Part shown: one piece after another, positions 1 through 10,298 of the stretch | How positions within the stretch are numbered: the stretch's first letter is position 1 | Layout of the letters: the number at the start of each line of letters is the position of its first letter | The notes under the pieces: generated by a model | The model's database searches: none | What the model was told of the DNA's origin: nothing | The model's input: the letters and a program-made list of their open reading frames with translations, nothing else | Made by a program: the position numbers and the translations under genes | NCBI GenBank assembly: GCA_047614125.1 | Contig: JBLHHI010000003.1 | Location: 1-57,130 of the forward strand | Source of the DNA: Bacteroidia bacterium | GTDB taxonomy: Bacteria; Bacteroidota; Bacteroidia; NS11-12g; UBA9320 | DNA: 57,130 nt | Reading direction: 5' to 3'

Positions 1-178
1 AACAAAGATGACACTTGATGTCGACTTATTTTCTGGGTAAATCCTACTTCAAGCACGTATTTACTGGGGTGTAGAGACATTTTGGTCATTTATTGAAAAC
101 TTTCGGATGCTAGTGATGCTATTCAAAGATTGTTTAGCTTAACCAGTGAATGAATCGTGCGTTAATAATTAAAAAATG

Positions 179-186
179 TAATTTCG
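179..186 (+). promoter_or_regulatory. Bacteroidota -7 promoter box (TAATTTCG) for metK
   Basis: TAnnTTYG-type octamer 25 bp upstream of the metK ATG; the same TAnnTTCG variant precedes glmS, DUF2851 and the ftsB-like gene. Confidence 0.55.
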
Positions 187-211
187 AAGCCAATTAACGA
201 AAATGTAGAAT

Positions 212-1465
212 ATGTCATATTTCTTTACCTCCGAATCCGTATCCGAAGGACATCCAGACAAGGTAGCAGATCAGATATCTGATGCTCTAATTGACCACTT
301 TTTGGCCTTTGATCCAGATTCGAAAGTTGCCTGTGAAACACTGGTTACCACGGGGCAAGTTGTTTTGGCGGGTGAAGTAAAGTCAACTACCTATCTCGAC
401 GTTCAAAAAATTGCACGAGACGTGATCAACAAGATTGGGTACACCAAGAGCGAATACATGTTTGAAGGCAATTCATGTGGTATTTTTTCGGCCATTCACG
501 AGCAAAGTGCCGATATTAATCGGGGAGTTGATCGAGAAGATAAGATGATGCAAGGTGCTGGAGATCAGGGTATGATGTTTGGCTATGCAACCAACGAAAC
601 CGACAACTACATGCCCTTGGCCTTGGATTTGTCGCACAAAATCTTACAAGAACTTGCCGCATTTAGAAGAGAAGAAAAACAAATTGGTTATTTAAGACCC
701 GATTCTAAATCTCAGGTTACCATTGAATACGACGACAATCACAAACCCGTTCGCATCGAAGCCATCGTAATTTCTACTCAACACGACGATTTTGATGAAG
801 AAACCGCTATGTTGGCCAAGATACGGGAAGATATGATCAACATCGTAATCCCAAAGGTTAAAGCCGGACTTGCGCCAGCCATTCAAGCCTTATTTGGTTC
901 AGACATTAAATACCACATCAATCCAACCGGTAAGTTTGTTATTGGAGGACCACATGGAGACACCGGATTAACGGGTCGTAAAATTATTGTGGATACCTAC
1001 GGCGGTAAAGGCGGTCATGGTGGAGGAGCATTTTCTGGTAAAGATCCAAGTAAGGTAGATCGTTCAGCAGCCTACGCTACGCGTCACATTGCTAAAAACA
1101 TGGTTGCCGCAGGTTTAGCTGATCAGGTTTTGGTTCAGGTTTCTTACGCAATTGGTGTGGTTGAACCTATGGCCATCTTTGTTGATACCTACGGTTCGGC
1201 TAAGATTAACATGAAAGATGGTGCCATTGCCGATAAAATTAAAGGAATTTTTGATATGCGTCCGGCTGCAATTGAACAACGACTTTCATTGCGAACTCCT
1301 ATTTACCTCGAAACAGCAGCTTACGGCCACATGGGACGGGTAAACGAAAAAGTGATGAAACGCTTTGAATCTCCGGACGGAAGTACGGTTGAACTGGAAG
1401 TTGAATTATTTCCATGGGAACGACTCGACTTTGTAGAAGTGTTGAAAGATGCATTTGCGCTTTAA
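212..1465 (+). CDS. metK: S-adenosylmethionine synthetase
   Basis: [38 protein letters not shown] motifs. Confidence 0.99.
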   Translation: MSYFFTSESVSEGHPDKVADQISDALIDHFLAFDPDSKVACETLVTTGQVVLAGEVKSTTYLDVQKIARDVINKIGYTKSEYMFEGNSCGIFSAIHEQSADINRGVDREDKMMQGAGDQGMMFGYATNETDNYMPLALDLSHKILQELAAFRREEKQIGYLRPDSKSQVTIEYDDNHKPVRIEAIVISTQHDDFDEETAMLAKIREDMINIVIPKVKAGLAPAIQALFGSDIKYHINPTGKFVIGGPHGDTGLTGRKIIVDTYGGKGGHGGGAFSGKDPSKVDRSAAYATRHIAKNMVAAGLADQVLVQVSYAIGVVEPMAIFVDTYGSAKINMKDGAIADKIKGIFDMRPAAIEQRLSLRTPIYLETAAYGHMGRVNEKVMKRFESPDGSTVELEVELFPWERLDFVEVLKDAFAL

Positions 1466-1487
1466 GTGGTTACCCTGCTAAAATTTC

Positions 1488-1495
1488 TAACTTCG
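1488..1495 (+). promoter_or_regulatory. -7 promoter box (TAACTTCG) for glmS
   Basis: Octamer in the 50-bp metK-glmS gap, 20 bp before the ATG. Confidence 0.5.
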
Positions 1496-1515
1496 TACTC
1501 TAAATACTCATAACT

Positions 1516-3360
1516 ATGTGTGGAATTGTTGCGTATACCGGTCCAAATCAGGCGTATGACTTTTTAATCAAAGGCCTTCAACGACTGGAGTACAGAGGCT
1601 ATGATAGTGCGGGCATTGCCATCCTAAACAGCGATCTTAAAGTTTTAAAACAAAAGGGTAAAGTATCTGATCTAGAAGAACTTGCACAGAAAAGCGATGT
1701 AGAAGGGACGGTTGGAATTGGTCATACACGTTGGGCAACTCACGGCGAACCAAATCAGATTAACGCCCATCCTCACCTTTCTCAATCGGGAGATATAGCG
1801 GTAATTCACAACGGAATTATTGAAAACTATTCAACCATAAAAGAAGCGCTTACCTTGCGCGGTCATACTTTTAAAAGTGAGACGGATACAGAAGTTTTGA
1901 TCCACCTCATTGAAGACATCCTGCTTCATGAAAAAGTGGAGCTATTTGAAGCCGTACGATTGGCTTTAAACCAAGTAATTGGGGCATACGCCATTGTTAT
2001 TTTAAGCAAAAATCACCCGGGTACGCTTATTGGGGCTCGAAAAGGCAGCCCAATGGTAGTTGGTATTGGTTCCAATAAAGGAGAGTACTACATGGCCAGC
2101 GATGCCACTCCAATTGTAGAATATACCCGAGACGTCATCTACTTAGAAGACAACGAGATTGCTCACATCGAAAACGGGAAACTCAGTGTTAAAACCATCC
2201 AAAACGTAATTAAAACACCATACATCCACAAGTTGGAAATGACCCTGGACGCTATTGAAAAGGGTGGGTATGATCACTTCATGCTCAAAGAAATTTACGA
2301 GCAGCCCAAGTCGATCTACGACAGCATGCGAGGTCGGTTTAATCCGATTGATTTAACCTTTGCCATGCGAAGCTTGTCGGAATACGATTCCAAAATTAAA
2401 AACCTCAGGCGCGTTATTATCATTGGATGTGGAACCAGTTGGCATGCCGGTTTGGTTGGAGAATACCTGATTGAAGAGTTTGCCCGACTTCCGGTAGAAG
2501 TTGAGTACGCATCGGAGTTTCGATATCGAGATCCGGTAATAAATGAAGATGATTTGGTAATTGCCATCAGTCAATCTGGAGAAACGGCCGATACGTTAGC
2601 CGCTCTTGAAATGGCAAAGGAAAAAGGAGCAACCATTTACGGTATTTGTAATGTGGTTGGATCATCCATTCCGCGTATTACCGATGCAGGAGCATACACA
2701 CATGCTGGGCCGGAAATTGGGGTGGCTTCCACCAAAGCATTTACTGCACAAGTTACTGTACTAACATTAATCGCACTCGGAATTGCCGAAATTCGAGGTA
2801 AGATCAGCAGCGCGCGTTTGCGACAAATGTTTGCAGAGTTGGAGCAAATTCCATCAAAAGTTCAACACGTGCTCGACCATTGCGGGGAGAAGGTTCTCGA
2901 AATTTCTGAGAAATTTAAAGATTCCAATAATTTCTTGTACTTAGGAAGAGGCTACAATTTTCCGGTGGCCTTAGAAGGCGCGCTGAAATTGAAAGAGATC
3001 TCGTACATACATGCTGAAGGATATCCTGCGGCTGAAATGAAACACGGCCCTATTGCCTTAATTGATGCCAATATGCCGGTGGTAGTAATTGCACCTAAAA
3101 GGGGATATTACGAAAAGGTATTATCTAATATTCAGGAAGTTAAGGCTCGAAAAGGAATCATCATTGCCATTGTTACCGAAGGAGATACGAAGGTTAAGGA
3201 TTTAGCGGATCACTACATCGAGATTCCGGACACCGAAGATTGCTTGGTTCCGATATTGGCAACCATTCCATTACAACTCTTATCGTATCACATTGCCGTA
3301 ATGCGTGGGTGTAATGTTGATCAACCCAGAAATTTGGCGAAATCAGTTACAGTAGAATAG
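1516..3360 (+). CDS. glmS: Glutamine--fructose-6-phosphate transaminase (isomerizing)
   Basis: N-terminal MCGIV, LEYRGYDSAG, GHTRWATHG, SQSGETADT, C-terminal PRNLAKSVTVE. Confidence 0.99.
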   Translation: MCGIVAYTGPNQAYDFLIKGLQRLEYRGYDSAGIAILNSDLKVLKQKGKVSDLEELAQKSDVEGTVGIGHTRWATHGEPNQINAHPHLSQSGDIAVIHNGIIENYSTIKEALTLRGHTFKSETDTEVLIHLIEDILLHEKVELFEAVRLALNQVIGAYAIVILSKNHPGTLIGARKGSPMVVGIGSNKGEYYMASDATPIVEYTRDVIYLEDNEIAHIENGKLSVKTIQNVIKTPYIHKLEMTLDAIEKGGYDHFMLKEIYEQPKSIYDSMRGRFNPIDLTFAMRSLSEYDSKIKNLRRVIIIGCGTSWHAGLVGEYLIEEFARLPVEVEYASEFRYRDPVINEDDLVIAISQSGETADTLAALEMAKEKGATIYGICNVVGSSIPRITDAGAYTHAGPEIGVASTKAFTAQVTVLTLIALGIAEIRGKISSARLRQMFAELEQIPSKVQHVLDHCGEKVLEISEKFKDSNNFLYLGRGYNFPVALEGALKLKEISYIHAEGYPAAEMKHGPIALIDANMPVVVIAPKRGYYEKVLSNIQEVKARKGIIIAIVTEGDTKVKDLADHYIEIPDTEDCLVPILATIPLQLLSYHIAVMRGCNVDQPRNLAKSVTVE

Positions 3361-3416
3361 CTGTTTTACATCTTGCACATTATCATGTATTTTTGTTTGC
3401 ATTCAAATAAAAGAGC

Positions 3417-3830
3417 ATGAAAGGCATACTTAGCATAATTATTCTTGGGGTTTTCGCACCCTTTGTTCAGGGGCAAGATTTTGCTGCAGAACTTGCTGGC
3501 ACCTATGTTGGAATGTATCAATCCAAACAAGAAGCGATAAAAGGAGCCGAACTGGTTATTACCCGAATCGATTCAACCCATGTTAGCGGAATTGCGGCGA
3601 ATGGAAGTTTGAGCTTTGAAGCGGAGGTTGAAGAATGGGTAACGGGCAGTATTTATCACATTCGAATTAACATACCCGCTGACGATATAAAGTACAACGG
3701 CACCTTTTCGCCAACAACTGGAAAAATCAGTGTAGTTTACAACAATTCTGGGGATGCCAGAAATATTCAATCCTTTGTTGGAGAACGAGTTGTAGAATCT
3801 CCGGCGAAGAACAAGAAAAAGAAGGATTAG
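3417..3830 (+). CDS. Hypothetical secreted protein
   Basis: Signal-peptide-like N-terminus, beta-rich body, Lys-rich tail; no family recognised. Confidence 0.75.
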   Translation: MKGILSIIILGVFAPFVQGQDFAAELAGTYVGMYQSKQEAIKGAELVITRIDSTHVSGIAANGSLSFEAEVEEWVTGSIYHIRINIPADDIKYNGTFSPTTGKISVVYNNSGDARNIQSFVGERVVESPAKNKKKKD

Positions 3831-3836
3831 CCTTAC

Positions 3837-4205
3837 TTAGTTAGTAGTTACTTCAACAACTTCTCCATCTCCCCAAAGATCTTCGATTGCGTAATACGCA
3901 CGGGTTTCTTGTTTGAAAACATGAACAACAACGTTTACATAATCTACCAAAATCCATTCAGCCTCTCTAAACCCCTCCTTACCAAACGGGTTTTCCCCCG
4001 TTTTTTTCTTCACCTCTTCCACCACAGATTCGGCTATGGCATTTACTTGCCGATCACTGTCTCCATGGCAGATGATCATGATTTCGGTAACCGCCGAAGT
4101 GAGTTTGCGCAAATCTATTTTGGTTATGTTGTGAGCTTTCTTCTCCAACATTCCCAATATTACGGATTCTGCTAGCATCTCTGTGCTAACTTGTTTCTTC
4201 GGCAT
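3837..4205 (-). CDS. rsfS: Ribosome silencing factor RsfS (Iojap); start revised to MPKKQ
   Basis: EKKAHNI, SDRQVNAIAESV, WILVDYVNVVVHVF, RAYYAIEDLW. Confidence 0.95.
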   Translation of the reverse strand: MPKKQVSTEMLAESVILGMLEKKAHNITKIDLRKLTSAVTEIMIICHGDSDRQVNAIAESVVEEVKKKTGENPFGKEGFREAEWILVDYVNVVVHVFKQETRAYYAIEDLWGDGEVVEVTTN

Positions 4206-4247
4206 ATGCGAATCTTTGCTAATTTTGGCGGCAAAAGTCGGGATATT

Positions 4248-5012
4248 TTGCAGATATTTAACCCACAAACACTCTTTATTGGTCAGAGTGGTGTTTTTTT
4301 TAAGGAAGTTGATTCCACCAACTCCTATTTAAAAGAAGAAACCACAGAAGCCATTCTACCGGAAGGCTTCTATGTACGCACTGATTTTCAACGAAATGGC
4401 CGTGGTCAAGGCCGCAATGTCTGGAACTCCGAACGGGGGGTTAACCTATTGATGAGCTTTGTTCTTCGTCCCGATTTTTTAGCCCCACAACACAGGCATG
4501 GCATAGCTATGATGGTTGCATTGGCCATTCGAGCACTGATTCAGCAAGCTCTTCCAACCAAAGAAGTGCGAGTTAAATGGCCAAATGATATCTTTGTAGG
4601 AAATAAAAAAATTGCTGGGGTGCTCATCGAAAACATGACTACCCATAAAAAACTTACCAGCATAGTTGGTATTGGCATCAATGTTCTTCAAAAAGAATTC
4701 CCTCAAAACATTCATATCCCTACCTCTTTGTTTTTAGAAAAAGAAAAAATATGGTCGGTACAAACACAAGCTGAAGATTTGTGCTGGTGGTTGGAAAAGT
4801 ACTACCTCTTACTTCGACAAGATGGTGGGATGAAACGAATTCAAAACTTATACGTATCACAGCTGTATCGATATAACGAATGTGTAAAAATTGAAGGCAG
4901 CCATACGGAATACTTGGTTAAAGGCGTGGATGATTTGGGCCGGTTAATTTTGCAAAACCAAGACGCGGTAATACATGTTCTACACAACGAAAAGAAAATA
5001 ATTTGGAGTTAG
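4248..5012 (+). CDS. birA: Biotin--[acetyl-CoA-carboxylase] ligase; probable TTG start
   Basis: VDSTNSYL, QRNGRGQGRNVW, VKWPNDIFV, KKIAGVLIE, GIGINV; no N-terminal HTH. Confidence 0.93.
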   Translation: MQIFNPQTLFIGQSGVFFKEVDSTNSYLKEETTEAILPEGFYVRTDFQRNGRGQGRNVWNSERGVNLLMSFVLRPDFLAPQHRHGIAMMVALAIRALIQQALPTKEVRVKWPNDIFVGNKKIAGVLIENMTTHKKLTSIVGIGINVLQKEFPQNIHIPTSLFLEKEKIWSVQTQAEDLCWWLEKYYLLLRQDGGMKRIQNLYVSQLYRYNECVKIEGSHTEYLVKGVDDLGRLILQNQDAVIHVLHNEKKIIWS

Positions 5013-5719
5013 TCATCGATATAGGTAATACATGGGCAAAGGCAGCGGTGTTTATTAACAACGGCATTCACTTGGTGGTACATCATCAAGATGCCACCAA
5101 AGGACTTCACAGCCAACTCAAAGATTTTTCGTTCGAACGAATAATAATTAGTTCCACTCGAGGAGATACTGGCAATTGTGAGTTGTATTGGTCGAAAGTA
5201 GCTCAAACGCTGATCTTAACCCACAAAACCGCACTTCCTATTAAAAATGAATACGGCACCCCAGAAACCTTGGGCAAAGATCGCCTTGCCGCAGTTATTG
5301 GGGGTAGATTTCTCTATAGTGAAGGAGCGGTCTTGGCCATTGATGCCGGAACCTGTATTACCTACGATCTTCTCACGGCTGATGATCGCTACCTCGGTGG
5401 GAACATTAGTCCGGGTGCAACCATGCGATTTAAGGCCTTAAACAACTTTACTGGGGCGCTTCCGTTGGTAAATGTATACGAAGTTGATGATTTGATTGGA
5501 AGTACTACCAATCAAGCCATTGCAACGGGGGTTATTAACGGACTAAGCCGAGAAATTAACCAGACCATAACAGATTATGAAGACCAATTTAAACCTCTCA
5601 ATGTTATCTTATGCGGTGGCGAAGCAAAGTATTTTGTCAATCGCATCAAAAAGGAGATATTCGCAAACCAAAATTTGGTGCTCATCGGATTGCACAAGAT
5701 TTTATTATTCAATGATTAA
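5003..5719 (+). CDS. coaX: Type III pantothenate kinase
   Basis: IDIGNT, TLGKDR, IDAGTCITYD, GGNISPG; TTG start overlapping the birA end. Confidence 0.95.
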   Translation: MELVIDIGNTWAKAAVFINNGIHLVVHHQDATKGLHSQLKDFSFERIIISSTRGDTGNCELYWSKVAQTLILTHKTALPIKNEYGTPETLGKDRLAAVIGGRFLYSEGAVLAIDAGTCITYDLLTADDRYLGGNISPGATMRFKALNNFTGALPLVNVYEVDDLIGSTTNQAIATGVINGLSREINQTITDYEDQFKPLNVILCGGEAKYFVNRIKKEIFANQNLVLIGLHKILLFND

Positions 5720-7049
5720 AAACAATTTAAGACCTTTCGTGGTAACCATGGTGCTTTGCATCTCGGTATATTCAGCCAACGCTCAACAAGCCATTAATTC
5801 ACCGTACTCCATAGAAGGAATGGGTAATTTGTCTTCCGGTTTATTTACACATCAAGAAATGATGGGTGGATTAAATCGCGCCTTGGCAGAAGAAGGCAGC
5901 TTCAGCTTTAACAATCCAGCTTCACTCAGCCATTTAAAAGTTACTGATCTAGAATTTGGTGCGTACATGTCGGGCATACAGCAATCCACCACCACCCAGA
6001 AAAAAGATTTAAAAACCGGCCAGTTTTCGAGCTTGGCATATGCCTTTCCAATTTCATTAAAAAGAAAGGTGAGTTTTGCCGTTGGCTTGCTCCCATATTC
6101 CAATACAGGTTACCTCTTTAGCAATTCCAGCACCGAGGATAGTAGCAGTGTAATTACCTTTTACGATGGTTCGGGCGGGATTGATCAATTTAAAGGTGCC
6201 GTTGGTTTTGAGCTGAAAAAAGGCATTTCACTTGGATATACTTCAACCTTGCTTTTTGGCAACATCTTTAACACCTTCGATAAACAATACGTTAATAATC
6301 GAGATAAATTTAGCTATCGAGATGTGTCAACCACCTATTATAATGGCTTTAAGCACGATTTCGGTGTTCAGTTTTATGGACGATTAAAGCGAAAATTTGA
6401 TTGGAACTTGGGTCTAACGTATTCACCTTCTACAAATATTACTGCTACCCCAGATCGATTGGTAAGAACCTACAACAGCGCAGGTAATTTCTTCATCGAT
6501 ACCATTTTTGAAAGCGCAGGAATCAAGCAAACGATTGCCATGCCTCAAACCATAGGTGCGGCGTTTACCTTCCAAAAAACGGATCGATGGATGCTCGGAG
6601 CAGAATTTTCTTCTACCCAATGGTCTACCTATAAAGGAGTTAACGATGCAGGCGGATTTGCCAATCAAACCATTATGAGTTTTGGGGGCTTTTATCAAGC
6701 CATGACCTTGTTGGATTACAGCACGCTGCCAGGAAGAAAAGATCGAAGAAACAAGTATTACAAAGCGCTCCGTTATTACTTTGGAATTCGGATGCAAAAC
6801 AATTATATGCAGTTTCATGGAACTCAAATTTCGGAAACTGGCATCAATTTTGGGATAGGTTTCCCGATATTAAGAACCTACGATTTAGGGGAGAGCACAA
6901 AAATTTTAGTTACCTCTCGCGCTACCGTCGGACTCGAATATATCAATAGAGGGACCACAGATAATAATTTAATTCAAGAACAAATATTCAGACTGAAAGT
7001 CGGCGTATCCTTCAACGACAAATGGTTTGTGAAACGAAAATATCAATAG
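5712..7049 (+). CDS. Conserved outer-membrane beta-barrel protein (FadL-like); start revised to MIKNN
   Basis: Signal peptide, NSPYS..G.G and NNPASL motifs, C-terminal NDKWFVKRKY; usual neighbour of coaX in Bacteroidota. Confidence 0.8.
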   Translation: MIKNNLRPFVVTMVLCISVYSANAQQAINSPYSIEGMGNLSSGLFTHQEMMGGLNRALAEEGSFSFNNPASLSHLKVTDLEFGAYMSGIQQSTTTQKKDLKTGQFSSLAYAFPISLKRKVSFAVGLLPYSNTGYLFSNSSTEDSSSVITFYDGSGGIDQFKGAVGFELKKGISLGYTSTLLFGNIFNTFDKQYVNNRDKFSYRDVSTTYYNGFKHDFGVQFYGRLKRKFDWNLGLTYSPSTNITATPDRLVRTYNSAGNFFIDTIFESAGIKQTIAMPQTIGAAFTFQKTDRWMLGAEFSSTQWSTYKGVNDAGGFANQTIMSFGGFYQAMTLLDYSTLPGRKDRRNKYYKALRYYFGIRMQNNYMQFHGTQISETGINFGIGFPILRTYDLGESTKILVTSRATVGLEYINRGTTDNNLIQEQIFRLKVGVSFNDKWFVKRKYQ

Positions 7050-7051
7050 TT

Positions 7052-8431
7052 ATGATTAAGGATAAGAGTAAAATGAAAGACAAGGTGAGGAAGATATTAG
7101 GTACGGCCTTAGTAAGCCTATTCATGGTGTTTGTTTCGGGCAGCGCCATTGCTCAAACCGGAAGCGATTGTGCCGGAAAGTTTGGTACCGATAGTATTAT
7201 GGATCGGAAGAACATTTCAATGTTTAACCAATACATCCAATCAAGAGATTTTGCCGATGCGTACGATTATTGGCAATACCTTTTCAATAACATACCTTGT
7301 TACACCCGTCACATTACGTACAACGGACCAATCATTGTTAAATACAAGATGAAGGATCTGAAAGATCAAAACGATTCCATTTATCAAGTGCGTAAAGAAG
7401 GTCTCATTGATTCTGTTTTATTGTGCTACGATTACCGAATCAGATTTTGGGGACAACGAGGTTATGTGTTGGGCAAATGGGCAAACGATTTAGCTAAACT
7501 TCGTCCAACTGAGCGTCCAGCGGCATTAGAGATGTTTGCAGAAAGTGTTGATTTAGAGGGGAATAAAACTGATGACTTGGTGCCAATGTATTACTTGGAT
7601 GCTGCCATCGATGAACATAAAAGAGATGGATATACCTTAGATTCTTTGTTTCAATTGTATTTCCAAATGCGAAACATCATTGACTACAATCTTACCAATA
7701 ACGTTAAACAAAAAAATGATTGGGTAAGAACCGATACCATTGTTGAAAAAATGATGCGCGCGTATCTTACTCCTGAAGCATTGGAACAATTCTATAAACC
7801 TAAAATTGAAGCATCTCCAAAAGACGCACAATTGTTGATGAAGGTGCAGGAATTATTGATTCGTTCTGGTGGTGAGAAAACAGATTTTGGATTCGACATT
7901 GCTGTTAAAATGTATGCGCTAAACCCTTCTTCTTCGGCAGCGATATCCATTGGCAAAAGCCACTTTGCTCGTGGAGAAACCGACAAGGCTTTCGAATATT
8001 TCAAAAAAGGTGCAGCAGATATTGCCGACCCCATCGAAAAAGGCAAGATTTATACCGCCATGGCAAACATCCGATACAAGGCTGGATCTACTAATGAAGC
8101 CAAAGCTTTAGCGCAACAAGCGGTAGAAGCAGATCCCAACAATGGAAGTGCTCACTACCTTATAGCCATTGCATATGGAAGCTCGGCTTCTGCGTGTACT
8201 GCCGATGGTATTGATGGACGAAGCGTATTTTGGGCGGCCGTTGACAGAGCGGTAAAAGCTAAAACTGTTGACCCGAGTGTAACCGACAAGGCAAACGAAT
8301 TAATTAATCGATTCTCTGCTCAGTTTGTGACGAAGGAAGATGCCTTCTTTAAAAACTTCACTGCCGCCGAAGGCAGCAGCTTTACCGTACCTTGTTTAGG
8401 CGTAACCACAACGGTTCGTTATAAAAAATAA
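7052..8431 (+). CDS. Tetratricopeptide-repeat periplasmic protein
   Basis: Signal peptide, TPR-like helical repeats (AFEYFKKG, AVEADPNNGSAHYLIA), FWAAVD..KAK.VDP. Confidence 0.85.
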   Translation: MIKDKSKMKDKVRKILGTALVSLFMVFVSGSAIAQTGSDCAGKFGTDSIMDRKNISMFNQYIQSRDFADAYDYWQYLFNNIPCYTRHITYNGPIIVKYKMKDLKDQNDSIYQVRKEGLIDSVLLCYDYRIRFWGQRGYVLGKWANDLAKLRPTERPAALEMFAESVDLEGNKTDDLVPMYYLDAAIDEHKRDGYTLDSLFQLYFQMRNIIDYNLTNNVKQKNDWVRTDTIVEKMMRAYLTPEALEQFYKPKIEASPKDAQLLMKVQELLIRSGGEKTDFGFDIAVKMYALNPSSSAAISIGKSHFARGETDKAFEYFKKGAADIADPIEKGKIYTAMANIRYKAGSTNEAKALAQQAVEADPNNGSAHYLIAIAYGSSASACTADGIDGRSVFWAAVDRAVKAKTVDPSVTDKANELINRFSAQFVTKEDAFFKNFTAAEGSSFTVPCLGVTTTVRYKK

Positions 8432-8448
8432 ATTCTTAATCAAGATAA

Positions 8449-9027
8449 ATGAAAATCCGATCGATAACATCCGCACTGCTGATTGTTTCGATCGGATTTT
8501 TTTATGGCTGCAGAGAGGGTAATAAGGCCGAAATAGAAGCCCTCCAAAAACAAACCGAGTCGATGTCGGTGGAGCGTGCTGAGGATGTGAAAATCCGATA
8601 TACAGATTCGGCCCGGCTAAAAGCCATCATTTCAACACCGCTAATGATCCGGTTTCCAGAGCGAAAAAACCCATATTCTGAAATGCCCAAAGGTTTGTCG
8701 GCCCAGTTTTACAACGACCAAGGAGAACCCAACAGCAGATTATCTGCCAATTATGGAATTAATTTTGAACAGCAGAAGCTCATCCAACTTAGAGACAGTG
8801 TTCGAGTGTACAATACCATGGGGGAGGAATTGAAAAGTGAAGAGCTGTACTGGGATCAGGTTCGAAAGAAGATTTACACCAACACCTACGTGGTTATAAA
8901 ACGCGCAGGCGACACCATTCGCGGCGACGGCTTTGAATCGAACGAAAACTTTACAAAATATAGAATTACCAAGCCACACGGCCGAGTTAAACTTAAAGAA
9001 AATATAGAAGGCGATGAAACACCTTAA
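8449..9027 (+). CDS. lptC: LPS export ABC transporter periplasmic protein LptC
   Basis: Lipobox-like FFYGC, YTDSA, LKSEELYWDQ, I.G.GFESNENF; typical context. Confidence 0.88.
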   Translation: MKIRSITSALLIVSIGFFYGCREGNKAEIEALQKQTESMSVERAEDVKIRYTDSARLKAIISTPLMIRFPERKNPYSEMPKGLSAQFYNDQGEPNSRLSANYGINFEQQKLIQLRDSVRVYNTMGEELKSEELYWDQVRKKIYTNTYVVIKRAGDTIRGDGFESNENFTKYRITKPHGRVKLKENIEGDETP

Positions 9028-9205
9028 AAGACTTGTTGAAATAATGTGGTTGGCCATTGCGGCCTTTGCCGCTGTTGAAGGATTTATATCATTTAGGGCG
9101 GAAGGCCTTAGTCAAAACACCATCATCTATGTGGTGGTCTTTGTCCTGGCTATTGCCATGTACACCTTGCGCAAGAGACAGGGTAGGAAATCAAAGATTC
9201 TTTAA
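9014..9205 (+). CDS. Small two-TM membrane protein
   Basis: Two hydrophobic segments and a basic tail; overlaps the lptC stop. Confidence 0.7.
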   Translation: MKHLKRLVEIMWLAIAAFAAVEGFISFRAEGLSQNTIIYVVVFVLAIAMYTLRKRQGRKSKIL

Positions 9206-9333
9206 AACGATCCTGGGCAGTTGCAGTTTTTGCCCTTCTTGCCCGCACTTCCTTTACTAGAGCCGCAAGATGAGATGGCTAGTGATGCTAATACGATCAT
9301 TAAAAGAGCTAGATATTTCCTTTTCATAAACAT
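9202..9333 (-). CDS. Small lipoprotein-like peptide (43 aa), not in the ORF track
   Basis: Translates MFMKRKYLALLMIVLASLAISSCGSSKGSAGKKGKNCNCPGSF*; basic n-region, hydrophobic h-region, lipobox ISSC; alternative ATG at 9327. Confidence 0.75.
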   Translation of the reverse strand: MFMKRKYLALLMIVLASLAISSCGSSKGSAGKKGKNCNCPGSF

Positions 9334-9404
9334 GTTCTCAAAAGTAACGCGGAAATGGTAGTTTTGCTTGTGCGTTCAACAAAATTTAGCCAGGCGATTG
9401 ATTT

Positions 9405-10298
9405 ATGACAAAACACGTGATTATTTTCTTGAAGGGTTTAGCCATGGGCGCAGCAGATGTGGTGCCGGGTGTATCGGGTGGAACCATTGCCTTTATAACG
9501 GGTATTTACAACGATCTGTTGGCAGCTATCAATGCCTTTAATATCAATACCTTTAATGTATTGCGCAAACAAGGCGTACGTGCAGCTTGGAAAGAAGTAA
9601 ATGGATCTTTCTTGCTGGCATTAGGCAGTGGAATTGTCGTTAGCGCTCTTTCGCTTGCAATTGTTTTTAAGAAATTAATGGCCACTTCTCCGCATTTCTT
9701 GTGGGCATTTTTCTTTGGATTAGTTTTGGGCAGCATCGTTTTAGTAGGTAAGATGATTATAAAATTTGATGCCAAAATCATTACGGCTTTGGTGATCGGA
9801 ACAGCTGTTAGTTTTGCGCTCACGGTTCTAGAGCCGGGAAGTGGAACTGCGTCGCCTTTATACATCTTTATTGCCGGAGCTATTGCCATTTGCGCCATGA
9901 TACTTCCAGGTATTTCCGGTGCGTTTATTCTTCTATTGCTGGGTGTTTACCCGCTTTTGTTGGATGCCGTGCACGATCGAGACTTTAAATTTATTGGCAT
10001 TCTGGGCGCGGGCTTTGTCGTTGGACTTTTGAGTTTTAGCCGCTTTTTAAAATGGCTCCTCGATAACTACTTTCAAGTTACGCTGGCAGTTTTACTTGGA
10101 TTTTTGGTGGGCTCACTCAATAAAATTTGGCCATGGAAATCGCCCTTCATTGTTGAAGGTCATGAGATTCAACACAACATACTACCATCAACGCATGAAC
10201 ATCCACAAATTGCAGCAATTCTAGGTTTGGTTGTTCTTGGATTTGTCGTTATAGTACTTTTGAGCAAGTTTGCTCCTAAAATTGATGAAACCAAATAA
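9405..10298 (+). CDS. DUF368 family membrane protein (putative undecaprenyl-phosphate recycling transporter family)
   Basis: KGLAMGAADVVPGVSGGTIAFITGIY and AMILPGISG repeats; TAGTTTTG box at 9359-9366. Confidence 0.93.
   Translation: MTKHVIIFLKGLAMGAADVVPGVSGGTIAFITGIYNDLLAAINAFNINTFNVLRKQGVRAAWKEVNGSFLLALGSGIVVSALSLAIVFKKLMATSPHFLWAFFFGLVLGSIVLVGKMIIKFDAKIITALVIGTAVSFALTVLEPGSGTASPLYIFIAGAIAICAMILPGISGAFILLLLGVYPLLLDAVHDRDFKFIGILGAGFVVGLLSFSRFLKWLLDNYFQVTLAVLLGFLVGSLNKIWPWKSPFIVEGHEIQHNILPSTHEHPQIAAILGLVVLGFVVIVLLSKFAPKIDETK

Noticed and set aside
1-89. Minus-strand ORF start (MTKMSLHPSKY...) running off the window
   Set aside because: Only 29 codons visible with no recognisable motif; cannot be supported
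120-211. SAM riboswitch upstream of metK
   Set aside because: AAATGTAG resembles part of SAM-II, but the following GCT and the pairing stem are missing, and a -7 box leaves only ~20 nt of leader
1466-1515. glmS ribozyme
   Set aside because: Only 50 bp of intergenic sequence; too short and lacking the structure
9057-9260. 67-aa + strand ORF with CxxC-like motifs
   Set aside because: An alternative-frame overlap of 9014-9205 and antisense to the lipoprotein ORF; the Cys pattern is probably a by-product
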